Shown: one piece after another, positions 20,747 to 30,471 of the stretch
Layout of the letters: every line of letters begins with the position of its first letter
Position numbering within the stretch: the stretch's first letter is position 1
Assembly: GCA_963745235.1 (NCBI GenBank)
Contig: CAVUXE010000053.1
Coordinates: forward strand, 256,001 to 320,000
Length of the DNA stretch: 64,000 nucleotides
Direction of reading: 5' to 3'
Source: an uncultured Spirochaetota bacterium
GTDB taxonomy: Bacteria > Spirochaetota > Spirochaetia > SZUA-6 > Fen-1364
Made by a program: the position numbers and the translations under genes
The notes under the pieces: generated by a model
Databases searched by the model: none
Told to the model about the DNA's origin: nothing
Seen by the model: only the letters and a program-made list of their open reading frames with translations

Positions 20747-21575
20747 CCAGGTTCTCCTGCGGGTGCAGGACCTCGGAAAGCGCTTCGGTCCTGGATGCGA
20801 GGGCTGTCGGGAGCTCACGGGTCCCGAGCATTCGACGAACATGTGCCCGCGGTGCGGGTCCGTGACCGCGATGGCCGGCATCACCTTCGAGCTGAAGCAG
20901 GGAGAGATCCTGGGGGTGGTAGGAGAAAGCGGGTCCGGAAAGAGCACCCTGGTCCAATGCGTCTACTTCGACCAGGACGCAACGGGGGGGCGGATCAGCA
21001 TCAACGGGCAGAACGGGGGAAGCAACGTCCTGGAGCTGCCCCGCAGCGAGAAGCGCAGGCTGCGCGGCCGCCTCATGGGAATGGTGTACCAGAACCCGCT
21101 GCGAGGGCTCCGTATGGATATCACCAGCGGGGCCAACGTCGCGGAGAAGCTCCTGGAGGCAGACGTCTTTCATTTTGCGCGTATCCGCGAGCGGGCGACA
21201 CGGCTCCTTGCCAGCACGGAGATACCCCTTGCGTACATGGATCGCTTCCCGCGATCCCTTTCCGGCGGGATGCAGCAGCGCATCCAGATCGCAAAGGCCC
21301 TGGCGAACAACCCTCCCCTCGTTCTCCTTGACGAGGTCACCTCCGGCCTCGACGTGAGCGTGCAGGCGCGGGTGCTGGACCTCATTCGCGAGCTGCAGCG
21401 GGAGCTCGGGATCTCGATGATCGTGGTATCGCACGACATGGGGGTCATCCGGCTCCTCGCGGACCGTACGCTGGTCATGAAAGACGGCTTCGTGGTGGAG
21501 CAGGGGCTCACTGACCAGATCCTCGAAGACCCGCAGCATGCCTACACGCAGCTGCTCGTGCATTCGACGCTGTAG
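20739..21575 (+). CDS. phnK: C-P lyase ABC-ATPase-like subunit PhnK
   Basis: GESGSGKS, SGGMQQRIQIA, GLDVSVQARVLD, DPQHAYTQLLV. Confidence 0.94.
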   Translation: MADQVLLRVQDLGKRFGPGCEGCRELTGPEHSTNMCPRCGSVTAMAGITFELKQGEILGVVGESGSGKSTLVQCVYFDQDATGGRISINGQNGGSNVLELPRSEKRRLRGRLMGMVYQNPLRGLRMDITSGANVAEKLLEADVFHFARIRERATRLLASTEIPLAYMDRFPRSLSGGMQQRIQIAKALANNPPLVLLDEVTSGLDVSVQARVLDLIRELQRELGISMIVVSHDMGVIRLLADRTLVMKDGFVVEQGLTDQILEDPQHAYTQLLVHSTL

Positions 21576-21592
21576 GAGGGAGACCAGGCCAG

Positions 21593-22291
21593 ATGATGCG
21601 ATGCGAGGGGCTTTCCAAGACGTTCCTCATGCACGTGCGCGGCGGCAAGCGGATCCCGGCGTTCGCCGATGTGAGCTTCAGCCTGTCGGAAGGGGAGTTC
21701 CTCGGCATCAGCGGTCCCAGCGGCGCCGGCAAGTCCTCTCTCCTCAAGTGCCTCTACCGCACGTACCTCCCCTCCGCCGGCTCGGTCTGGTACAAGGACG
21801 CCGCGGCGCAGACACGGGACCTTGCCGCGGCGGACGAGCACGACATCCTGCGGCTGCGCCGCCTCGAGATCGGGTACATCTCCCAGTTCTTTCCCGTCAT
21901 CCCACGGGTATCCGCGCTCGACACCATTGCGAACAGCATGGTGGCGCGGGGCTTCCCGCGGGAAGAAAGTCTCGGGAAGGCCCGCGAGCTGCTGGAAAGG
22001 CTCGCCATTCCGCGCCCGCTCTGGGAGCTGTCTCCGTCCACGTTCTCGGGAGGCGAGAAGCAGCGGATCAATATCATCCACGCCATCATTGCCCGTCCCC
22101 GCCTGCTCCTGCTGGATGAGCCCACGGCGTCCCTTGACGCGGCCACGGCGCGGGAGGCGGTGTCTCTGATACGGGAGCTGAAAGGGGAGGGGACTGCGAT
22201 GATCGGGATATTCCACGACATGGCTCTTCTGACGGGTCTTTCGGACCAGATGATCGAAATGGGTGCAACGCGCGTCGGGGGTGCCGCGTGA
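21593..22291 (+). CDS. phnL: C-P lyase subunit PhnL
   Basis: GPSGAGKS, YISQFFPVIPRV, PSTFSGGEKQRINI, GIFHD. Confidence 0.94.
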   Translation: MMRCEGLSKTFLMHVRGGKRIPAFADVSFSLSEGEFLGISGPSGAGKSSLLKCLYRTYLPSAGSVWYKDAAAQTRDLAAADEHDILRLRRLEIGYISQFFPVIPRVSALDTIANSMVARGFPREESLGKARELLERLAIPRPLWELSPSTFSGGEKQRINIIHAIIARPRLLLLDEPTASLDAATAREAVSLIRELKGEGTAMIGIFHDMALLTGLSDQMIEMGATRVGGAA

Positions 22292-23532
22292 AGGATACGG
22301 TCTTCACCGACGTCCGCATCGTCACACCGAGTGAGGTCATCCAACGGGGCACGCTGACCGTCAGGGACGGCTTGATCGCCTCCGTGGAGAGCGGCCAGCC
22401 GCGCTCCCTGGTCCCCGCCGGGGCGGCCGTGATCCCGGGTCAGGGCCGGCTCTTGATGCCGGGTTTCGTGGACCTGCACAACGACGGGATCGAGGGGGAG
22501 ATCGAGCCGCGGCCGCGCGCCGTGTTCCCCCTGGCCGTCGCTCTTCAGTCGCTGGAGAGCAAGCTCGTCAGCCACGGCATCACGACGATATTCCATTCCT
22601 TCTCCTTCCTGGACGGCCGGGAAGGGACGCTGCATCCGGACGTGCTGGAGCCCGCGGTGCGGGAGATTCACAAGCTTCGACGCACGGGGGTCATCCGGCA
22701 CCTCGTGCACGCCCGCTACGAAATGGCGGAGACGCACCACTACGAGAGGTTTCGTCGACTGATCGACGAGAGGCTCGTGAACCTCGTCTCCTTCATGGAC
22801 CACACGCCGGGGCAGGGGCAGTACCGCAACCCTGAGCACCTCGTGAACTACTATGTGCGCAAGTACAACTCCCCGCTCGGGGAGATCCAGGCCCTTCTCA
22901 AAGAACGGGAGGCAAAGGCCCGCAACCCCGAGGTGGGCATGATTCTCGGCAAGCTCGCGGCCCATGTCCGGGAGGCTGGCCTGCCCCTTGCGTCTCATGA
23001 CGACGACTCCGCGGAAAAAGTGGCGCGGATGCACGGCCTCGGCATCACGATCAGCGAGTTTCCCGTCGACATGGCCGCGGCGCGCGCCGCTTCCCAGCGG
23101 GGCATGCATGTCGCCGTGGGTGCCCCGAATGTCCTGCGCGGGAAATCCACCTCGAACAACCTGAGCGCCCGTGAAGCGATCCTGGACAACACGGTGGACA
23201 TCCTTTGCTCGGACTACTATACGCCGGCGCTCCTGCACGCGGTGTTTCGCCTGGTCAGGGAAGGGATTCTCCCGCTGCCGAAGGCCGTTCGCATGGTCAG
23301 CGCGAACCCGGCCCAGGCCGCCGGTATGCAGGCGGAGCTGGGCTCCGTGGAGGTCGGCAAACGGGCGGACCTCATCATGGTCAACGACTCGGGGGATCTG
23401 CCCGCGGTTGTGGGCGTGTGGGTGGGCGGACGTTGCGTTCTGGAGAAGCATGACAGCACGTCCAACCCTCTGGGTGATCTCTGGGCGCGGGAGGTCTCTG
23501 TTCTCCCGCGGGAGTCCACCCATGCTTCATGA
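22288..23532 (+). CDS. phnM: alpha-D-ribose 1-methylphosphonate 5-triphosphate diphosphatase
   Basis: [43 protein letters not shown]. Confidence 0.95.
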   Translation: MKDTVFTDVRIVTPSEVIQRGTLTVRDGLIASVESGQPRSLVPAGAAVIPGQGRLLMPGFVDLHNDGIEGEIEPRPRAVFPLAVALQSLESKLVSHGITTIFHSFSFLDGREGTLHPDVLEPAVREIHKLRRTGVIRHLVHARYEMAETHHYERFRRLIDERLVNLVSFMDHTPGQGQYRNPEHLVNYYVRKYNSPLGEIQALLKEREAKARNPEVGMILGKLAAHVREAGLPLASHDDDSAEKVARMHGLGITISEFPVDMAAARAASQRGMHVAVGAPNVLRGKSTSNNLSAREAILDNTVDILCSDYYTPALLHAVFRLVREGILPLPKAVRMVSANPAQAAGMQAELGSVEVGKRADLIMVNDSGDLPAVVGVWVGGRCVLEKHDSTSNPLGDLWAREVSVLPRESTHAS

Positions 23533-24166
23533 AATGGACCTGCGTCCTGAAGAGCCGCCCTGCATCCTCTCCGAAGCCCCGCTGATTCACGAAGGAGCGC
23601 GGATAGAGAAGAGCCGCATTGGCTCGTGGACGGAGATAGGTCGAGGCAGTCACATCGTCGAGTCCACGATCGGCGACTATACCTATGACGACGGGGATGT
23701 CTCGATCTTCTACTCCGAGATCGGAAAGTTCTGCTCCCTGGCCAACAGGGTGCGAATCAACCCCGGCAATCACCCGCAGGACAGAGTGACCCAGCACCAC
23801 CTGACGTATCGGAGAAAACAGTTCGGCCTCGACACGCGTGATGATGAGGTGTTTTTCGACTGGCGCCGGTCGCATCCCTGCGTGATCGGACATGATGTGT
23901 GGATCGGCCACGCGGCAGTGGTGCTCCCTGGCGTGCGGATCGGCACGGGGGCCGTGATAGGCGCCGCGGCGGTTGTCACCAGGGACGTAGAGCCATACCA
24001 GGTAGTGGTGGGGGTGCCCGCGCGACCCGTGCGCAGGCGCTTCCCCGAGGATGTCATCCATCGCATCCTGAAGAGCGAGTGGTGGAACTGGGACCGGCAG
24101 GAGCTGGAAGAGCGCTGGCGCGACCTGTTCTCGGTTGAAGGCTTCCTGGCGCGGTACGCACCGTGA
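23522..24166 (+). CDS. hexapeptide-repeat acetyltransferase of the phosphonate-cluster type
   Basis: [36 protein letters not shown]. Confidence 0.88.
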   Translation: MLHEMDLRPEEPPCILSEAPLIHEGARIEKSRIGSWTEIGRGSHIVESTIGDYTYDDGDVSIFYSEIGKFCSLANRVRINPGNHPQDRVTQHHLTYRRKQFGLDTRDDEVFFDWRRSHPCVIGHDVWIGHAAVVLPGVRIGTGAVIGAAAVVTRDVEPYQVVVGVPARPVRRRFPEDVIHRILKSEWWNWDRQELEERWRDLFSVEGFLARYAP

Positions 24167-24999
24167 CGACGTCCCCCATGGTGGATGAAGCCGCTGTCCG
24201 CAGCGTCGCAATCCAGGCAGCCACGGGCGCCGGCGCGTTGATGCGCGGCAGCTTCAAGTCCGCGCTCCAGGTGGACGCGACGGAGGCACACGACCTGAAG
24301 CTGCGGCTTGATCGCACCTGCGAGGAGAGCATCGTCGGTGTGATCCGCGAACGCTTTGCCGAGCACGGCATTCTGTCGGAGGAGATGGGGTACGCCCCGG
24401 GCACGGACCCCTATGTCTGGATCGTAGATCCCCTGGACGGCACCGTGAACTTCTTTCATGGCATCCCGTTCTTCTGCACGTGCGTGTCCTGCCACGGGGT
24501 CCGGCAGAACGATGAGTCCCCGGGCGAAGCGCATCTTCCTGACGGCCGCGCCGTCGGCGGGGCCGTGGCGGCCGTCATCTACGCCCCCGTTGCCAGGGAG
24601 CTCTTCGTGGCCACGCCCCGGGCGGGCTCTTTCCTGAACGGAGCTCGACTGGTCCTGAAGCCCCTGGCAGACCTTTCCGATGCAATTGTCTCCCTGTCAT
24701 TCGGCGCGCGGGACGGCAGCCCGTCCTACATGAGCCGGCTGCTCCCCGCCATGATCGAACGCGCGCAGAAGGTGCGAAGCCTCGGCAGCACTGCCCTGGA
24801 CATCGTGAATGTGGCGGCCGGTCGGACCGGCGCATTTGTCCAGATGGGCACGAACCTCTGGGACTTCTCCGCGGCCGCGGCCATCTTGAGGGAGGCGGGA
24901 GGCATTGTCGATACCACGGAATATGCTCCGGGCCGCTGGAAGGTAATCGCGAGCAACCCGGGCCTGTTCTCCGAAGTGCGGAAGCTTGCCGGGCAATGA
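24163..24999 (+). CDS. inositol-monophosphatase-family phosphatase
   Basis: [27 protein letters not shown] motifs; GTGA overlap with upstream gene. Confidence 0.9.
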   Translation: MTTSPMVDEAAVRSVAIQAATGAGALMRGSFKSALQVDATEAHDLKLRLDRTCEESIVGVIRERFAEHGILSEEMGYAPGTDPYVWIVDPLDGTVNFFHGIPFFCTCVSCHGVRQNDESPGEAHLPDGRAVGGAVAAVIYAPVARELFVATPRAGSFLNGARLVLKPLADLSDAIVSLSFGARDGSPSYMSRLLPAMIERAQKVRSLGSTALDIVNVAAGRTGAFVQMGTNLWDFSAAAAILREAGGIVDTTEYAPGRWKVIASNPGLFSEVRKLAGQ

Positions 25000-25565
25000 G
25001 CGCCTCGATCAGGTTCATCATCATCACTGTCCTTCCGGACGACGTTGCGCGCAGGTTCGACTCTGCGCGGCGCCTCGTTTGCGAGGTCGGGCGCTCCCGG
25101 GCCAGCCTCGCGTACCCGCCGCATGTCACGCTTCGGACCGGGGCTCTCGTTCCGGTGGAGCACGTTTCAGCGTTCCTTGAAGGGTTCAGTGAGGCCCTCG
25201 GCGCGTGGGACCCCTTTTCCGTCACGACAGACGGGTTTCTCCTCTCTGGGTACCAAGACGGGGAGGTGCGGAAATATCTGGCCGGCTACCGGGTTCGAAA
25301 AGACCCCCCGATCATGAGCCTCAACACGCGGCTCCTTCGCTTCGAGAAGTGGCGGGCGAGCAATCGCCTTGTTTTCGAGCCTCACCTCACCCTCGCCTTC
25401 GATGACCTGACCGAGGAAGGCATGCAGAGAGTCCGGCTCTGGCTCGACGAAAACCCGAACGGGCTTCCAACGGGTTTCCAATGGTCGTGCGACAACGTGT
25501 GCCTCTACCGGCCTCAGGGCGACTCCTGGAGCCTGCACGCGGAGTGGAAGGCGCGGCGCCCCTGA
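24996..25565 (+). CDS. 2H phosphoesterase (LigT / 2'-5' RNA ligase-like)
   Basis: two HxT motifs: YPPHVTL and FEPHLTLAF; ATGA overlap with IMPase. Confidence 0.85.
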   Translation: MSASIRFIIITVLPDDVARRFDSARRLVCEVGRSRASLAYPPHVTLRTGALVPVEHVSAFLEGFSEALGAWDPFSVTTDGFLLSGYQDGEVRKYLAGYRVRKDPPIMSLNTRLLRFEKWRASNRLVFEPHLTLAFDDLTEEGMQRVRLWLDENPNGLPTGFQWSCDNVCLYRPQGDSWSLHAEWKARRP

Positions 25566-25644
25566 TCGCGCTTTGCACGATGTCCCCGGGCAGGGAGATT
25601 TCCCAGAGGGTGCACGGCGCGAAGCGTGGTGCGGCACGGATGCT

Positions 25645-26120
25645 TCAGTCCACGATCAGGCCAATGGCAAAGCCGTCGTAGCCCTTCACCCCAACCGTCT
25701 GAATGGCGGTTGCCATCACGTGAGGATTGGCGGCCATGCGGGAGTTGCATTCCCTTGTTCCGCGGACGCCTTCATCCGCGCCATCATCCGTGTGGAGAAC
25801 GTCGCCAGCCCTCACCACGTTGTCCACCACGGTCAGGCTGCCGGGGTGCGTCAGGAGTACCGCCCAGTCGAAGTATGCCGCGTTGTTCTGCTTATCGGCA
25901 TCGAGAAACACGAAGTCGAGCATGCGAGGCATCTGCTCCGCAAGCAGCCGTAGCGACTCCAGCGCCGGACCGACGCGCACCTCGATGATGTCCTGCAGCC
26001 CGGCTCCCTCGATGTTGCGCCGCGCAGCTGCGGCGTGTTTCTCGCTGGCTTCCAGCGAGATGAGCACGGAACAAACATTTCATTGATATATCTGTCCACT
26101 CGCGTCCATGTGTCCTGCAT
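25645..26120 (-). pseudogene. O-methyltransferase (COMT/YrrM-like) with internal deletion
   Basis: AGGAGG RBS plus MQDTWTRVDRYINEMFV jumps out of frame to LISLEASEKHA..FLDADK..VVDNVV..GVKGYDG; the segment carrying the LEIGT SAM motif is absent. Confidence 0.75.
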
Positions 26121-26202
26121 CCTGCCTCCTGCTTCCGCAGCTGCCAAGCTACCGCCCCCCCGGGCCGAAAGTCCAGCCGGGCTGGACGGGATGGTCCTCA
26201 GA

Positions 26203-26241
26203 TTCACGATAGTTTAACAAACGCTTAATCCACGCAAAACA
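26203..26241 (+). promoter_or_regulatory. third Pho-box-like array upstream of phnD
   Basis: TTCACG/TTAACA/TTAATC/AAAACA at 26203, 26214, 26225, 26236 (11-bp period). Confidence 0.75.
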
Positions 26242-26329
26242 AATCCTGCGCAGAATTGCGACCGGGTGAGACAAGGGAAATTGCGGAAGCGCGCGGGAGC
26301 GCCTTCCGCCGAGAGAAAGGAGCATTTGC

Positions 26330-27349
26330 ATGAAGAGAGTCCATTTGCTTTTTGCGGGCGTGGTTCTGGCATCCCTGACCCTCCTGGCGGGATGCGGACC
26401 GGCGGGCAAGCCCATCACGATCGCCTGGCTGCCCAATAACTCCGGCGACAACCAGAAGGTGTTCCGCGCGGAGTTCGACAAGGTGGTCGCGGACGCCACC
26501 GGGAGGAAGGTCGAAGACAAGCTGACGACGGACTACAACATCGCCATGGCAGCCCTGGATTCGGGGGACGCCCAGCTGGGCTGGTTCGGGCCTTTCGAGT
26601 ACATGGCCGGCCACGCAAAGAATCCTCACGTCGTGGCGCTTGTCGTGGAAAGCGGAGATTCGGGCGGGCTTCAGGATTCCCTCTACTACAGCCGGCTGCT
26701 CGTGAAGAAAGGCAATGAAGGCCAGTACAAGTCCGGCGACGGTTTCTCGATCGACAAGATAGTCGGCAAGAAGGTCTCCTTTGTTTCCACCAGCTCGACG
26801 TCCGGGTTCAACATGCCGGCCGCAGCAATCATGGCCTCCTTCCATGGCATGGACAAGTGGAAGAGCCTGTCAAAGGATGACCTCATGCAGGGCGGCCCGG
26901 GGAAGTTCTTCTCCCAGGTCATGTTCTCAGGTTCCCATCAGCTCTCCCTGGCGAACCTCCTCATGGGCAAGGTTGACATCTCCGCGGTGGACGATATCGA
27001 CGTCAAGGTCTACCTGGATCTGACCTCGGGGACCGAGAACCAGGAAGGCGCCGTTTATGCCGTCAAGAAGGGCGCGGAGGCTCCGTTCGACACGCTTGGC
27101 GGTGCACAGTTCGTCATCATCAAGTCGATCCCGGTCCAGAACACTCCGTTCGAAACCAACGACACAACGCTGGACAAGGCGACCCTGGACAAGATCACGC
27201 AGGCGCTTCTTTCGGACAAAGTCACCAATGACCAGATGGTGTTCCAGCCCAAGGGCGGTTCGGGCGCCGGGTTGTTCAGCCAGCCTCATCGTTTCGTGAA
27301 AGTGGATGACTCCTGGTACGACCCGATGCGGAAGGTCCTCGGCCTTTAG
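26330..27349 (+). CDS. phnD: phosphonate ABC substrate-binding lipoprotein
   Basis: lipobox LAGC, TTDYNIA, SFVSTSSTSGF, FSGSHQ, DSWYDPMR; AAGGAG RBS. Confidence 0.88.
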   Translation: MKRVHLLFAGVVLASLTLLAGCGPAGKPITIAWLPNNSGDNQKVFRAEFDKVVADATGRKVEDKLTTDYNIAMAALDSGDAQLGWFGPFEYMAGHAKNPHVVALVVESGDSGGLQDSLYYSRLLVKKGNEGQYKSGDGFSIDKIVGKKVSFVSTSSTSGFNMPAAAIMASFHGMDKWKSLSKDDLMQGGPGKFFSQVMFSGSHQLSLANLLMGKVDISAVDDIDVKVYLDLTSGTENQEGAVYAVKKGAEAPFDTLGGAQFVIIKSIPVQNTPFETNDTTLDKATLDKITQALLSDKVTNDQMVFQPKGGSGAGLFSQPHRFVKVDDSWYDPMRKVLGL

Positions 27350-27368
27350 CAATCGATGCTCTGTTTCC

Positions 27369-27410
27369 GGCGTGGGGCATCGGCCTTTCGATGTCCCGCG
27401 CCAGCTTTTT
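27369..27410 (+). terminator. hairpin with U-tract between phnD and phnC (attenuator or mRNA stabiliser)
   Basis: ggcgtggggcatcg..cgatgtcccgcgcc followed by a T-run. Confidence 0.55.
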
Positions 27411-27427
27411 CGCGAGGGAGGCTCCGG

Positions 27428-28198
27428 ATGGCCCTTTTGGAATTGAGGAACGTCACCAAGTGCTACAAAGGAGCAAAGCGCGCGCTCGCCGACGTGAGCT
27501 TCTCAGTGGAAGAAGGGGAGTTCGTCTCCATCATCGGTTCCTCGGGATCCGGAAAGACCACCCTCCTGCGCTGTATCAACCGCATGATCGAGCCGACCGG
27601 CGGAGAGATATCCTTCGCCGGGGTCAGCGTCTCCCGGCTGCGCAGGCGCGAGCTGCGCCGCCTCAGGACACGGATCGGCATGATCTTCCAGCAGCACAAT
27701 CTCGTGGAGCGGTTGAGCGTGATCGAAAACGTCCTCCACGGAAGGCTGGGGTACAAATCCACGATCTCCGGAATGCTGGGACGGTACACCTATGAAGAAA
27801 AGCAAAGAGCGTTCGAGATCATCGGAATCCTGGGGCTGGACGAGCAGGTTTACCAGCGATGCGATCAGCTGAGCGGCGGCCAGAAGCAGCGCGTGGGGAT
27901 TGCCCGGGCGCTGGTCCAGAGTCCGAAAATGATCCTCTGTGATGAGCCGATTGCTTCACTGGATCCCGGCACCTCCAAGGTCATCATGGACTACCTCAGC
28001 GACATTTGCAGGGATTTCGGCATCACTCTGGTCATCAGCCTGCACCAGGTGGATGTTGCCCTGAGGTACTCCCACAGGGTAATCGGCTTCAACAGAGGTT
28101 CCATTCTCTACGACGGATCACCGCAAGGGCTCACCCCGGAAAGGATTGCGGAGATCTACGGGTCCGAGCCGGCGGAGCTCGCGATCCAGGCGGGGTAG
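27428..28198 (+). CDS. phnC: phosphonate ABC ATP-binding protein
   Basis: GSSGSGKT, ENVLHGRLG, LSGGQKQRVGIAR, DEPIASLDP, SLHQV. Confidence 0.93.
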   Translation: MALLELRNVTKCYKGAKRALADVSFSVEEGEFVSIIGSSGSGKTTLLRCINRMIEPTGGEISFAGVSVSRLRRRELRRLRTRIGMIFQQHNLVERLSVIENVLHGRLGYKSTISGMLGRYTYEEKQRAFEIIGILGLDEQVYQRCDQLSGGQKQRVGIARALVQSPKMILCDEPIASLDPGTSKVIMDYLSDICRDFGITLVISLHQVDVALRYSHRVIGFNRGSILYDGSPQGLTPERIAEIYGSEPAELAIQAG

Positions 28199-28209
28199 AC
28201 CTCATCCCC

Positions 28210-28995
28210 ATGCAGGTCGACGTTTTCATCAGGCGCAGGAACAACGGCCTGCTCATGCTCGGCCTGTTTGCAGCCGTGACCATCGGCGCGGTCGTGCTCA
28301 CGCGCTACGACCTGGTCAAAGGGTTCACGAGCTTTGTCAGGGCGTTCGCCTGGGGAGTCTCCAGCTTCTACCCGGATGCTCAATCGATGAAAAAGCTCCC
28401 GGACATCCTCGAAAAACTATGGGACACGGTCTTGATCTCCATCGCCTCCACAATGGTGGCCGCTGTCTTTTCGCTCTTTCTGGCGCTCTCGGGTTCGAGG
28501 ACCACCCGTGCGAATCCGTTTTTCACCGTGCTGGCGAGGGGGATAGGGTCGTTCTTTCGGAACATGCCCCTGGTCGCGTGGGCCATGGTGCTGATACTGG
28601 CATTCAGCCAGAGTGAATTGACCGGCTTTCTCGCGCTGTTCTTCGGTTCCCTGGGCTTCCTTACCCGCACGTTCATGGAAACGATCGATGAAGTCGGGGA
28701 GGGTGTGGTGGATGCCTTGAGGGCCACCGGCGCGGCGCGCCCCCACATCACGACCCAGGCCGTCCTGCCCTCCAGCATGCCGCAGATGGTCAGCTGGCTG
28801 CTGTTCATGATCGAGACGAACATTCGTGACGCAACGCTCGTCGGCCTGCTCACCGGCACGGGAATCGGGTTCCTGTTCGACGTCTACTACAAATCCTTCA
28901 ACTACCACGCGGCAAGCCTCATCGTGATTGTCACCGTGATCGCCGTCATAGCCATGGAAACTATCTCGAACAGCGTACGAAGGGTAATCCTCTAG
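28210..28995 (+). CDS. phnE: phosphonate ABC permease
   Basis: FRNMP, ALRATGA, ETNIRDATLVGLLTGTGIG. Confidence 0.9.
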   Translation: MQVDVFIRRRNNGLLMLGLFAAVTIGAVVLTRYDLVKGFTSFVRAFAWGVSSFYPDAQSMKKLPDILEKLWDTVLISIASTMVAAVFSLFLALSGSRTTRANPFFTVLARGIGSFFRNMPLVAWAMVLILAFSQSELTGFLALFFGSLGFLTRTFMETIDEVGEGVVDALRATGAARPHITTQAVLPSSMPQMVSWLLFMIETNIRDATLVGLLTGTGIGFLFDVYYKSFNYHAASLIVIVTVIAVIAMETISNSVRRVIL

Positions 28996-29842
28996 TGGAT
29001 TTCGAAGGACCGCTGCAATCGCGACAAAAACCCCTGACCCTGCCGGGAAGCGCCCCAAAACCCGATATTCGCGCAAAAAGGGTCACGTGGATCACGCTGG
29101 CCGTGCTGGTTGCCATCACGATCTATTGTCTGGTAACCATGAGCAGCGGAGGCGTCAACGTTCTGCACGCCACTGGTGACACCCTGAGAAACTTCAAGAT
29201 AATCTTCTTCCAGCCGCATCCGCACCGGCTTGCCGTCGGGGACGCGCTCATCGAGATCGTGATGACACTCGGCCTGGCCGTGCTGGCCACGATCCTCGGC
29301 GGCTGCGTCGCCTTTGTGCTCGGACTCCTCGGCGCGCAGAACCTCGCGCCGAAATGGATCACAAACGTCGTGAAAGGCATTGTCGCGTTCGTTCGGGCCG
29401 TTCCCACGATTCTGTGGGTCCTCATCTTCGCCGTTGCCGCCGGACTCGGCAGCACCGCCGCGGTCATTGGCCTGTCCTTCCACACGGTGGGGTATCTGAC
29501 GAAGGCATACTCCGAGTCATTCGAAGACCTGGATCGAGGCGTCATCGACGCGCTGAAGGCTACGGGGGCCGACTGGTTGCAGATCGTCTTTCAGGCGGTG
29601 ATACCGTCCTCCGCCACGTATCTCCTGTCCTGGACTTTTCTGAGGTTCGAGATAAACTTCGCCAACGCCGTGGCAATGGGGGCCGCGGCCGGGCGGCCGG
29701 AATTGGCTTCGATCTGTTCATGGCAAGCGGATTCTATTTCGATCTTCACGAAGTCGGGCTCATCACGTATGGTATTCTCGCTACGGCCGTCATTCTGGAA
29801 GTCGCGGCCACGAGGATCAAGACAAGGCTCAAGGACAAGTAA
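28995..29842 (+). CDS. phnE: second phosphonate ABC permease; frameshift near 29691
   Basis: RAVPTILW, ALKATGA, LRFEINF..MGAAAG continuing as AAGIGFDLF..RLKDK* in another frame. Confidence 0.88.
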
Positions 29843-29871
29843 GACGTGCGAAGGACCAGGAGGACAGCTCC

Positions 29872-30261
29872 ATGGGAAAAAAGATCGTCGCGAAAGCGGC
29901 CGTCATCGGTGGCCACGCGCTCGTCGGATGGGCCCTCTGCGCTGCAACCATGGGCATCGGCATGCAGCTCTTCCCGCTGTTGACGGCTCTGATCACCCAC
30001 GCCATCGGCGCTCCCATCTTTTTCGCGCTCGTTTCCTGGAACTATTTCCGGAGGTTCCGCTTTACTACTCCGGCGCAGACCGCGGCCATCTTTGTCCTTG
30101 TCGTGGTCTTCCTCGACTTCTTCCTTGTCGCCCTTGTGATCCTGAAAAGTCTGGCGATGTTCGCAAGCCTCCTCGGCACCTGGATTCCCTTCGCGCTGAT
30201 TTTCGCCTCGACGTACATCACGGGCCGATGGTGGGAGACCCAGGCTGAAACCCAGGGATAG
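29872..30261 (+). CDS. hypothetical membrane protein (about 4 TM)
   Basis: AGGAGG RBS; hydrophobic helices; 129 aa. Confidence 0.75.
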   Translation: MGKKIVAKAAVIGGHALVGWALCAATMGIGMQLFPLLTALITHAIGAPIFFALVSWNYFRRFRFTTPAQTAAIFVLVVVFLDFFLVALVILKSLAMFASLLGTWIPFALIFASTYITGRWWETQAETQG

Positions 30262-30271
30262 CGCCGCAGAA

Positions 30272-30467
30272 ATGGCCGAGCTCGAGTCCGGATTCATTCA
30301 TACGCTGTGCGTCCGCAGAGACTTCGCGGGAAGGAAGCTTTCGATTGGAATTGGGGGGGTACGCAGTGAGTGAAAGCAAGAAAAAGCTTGTCGAGTGCGT
30401 GCGGCTGGACGCGGATTTGGCCAATGCCCGGCTGTGCTCCCTGTACGACGGCATGCGGGTCATCTGA
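30272..30467 (+). pseudogene. GNAT acetyltransferase remnant (paralog of 31192-31678)
   Basis: MAELESGFIHTLCVRRDFAG..VRLDAD..RLCSLYDG aligns with ESGFIHKLCVRRSFAG..LRLDTD..RLCALYEG; N-terminal ~80 aa missing; shift in G7 run. Confidence 0.75.
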
Positions 30468-30471
30468 CAGC

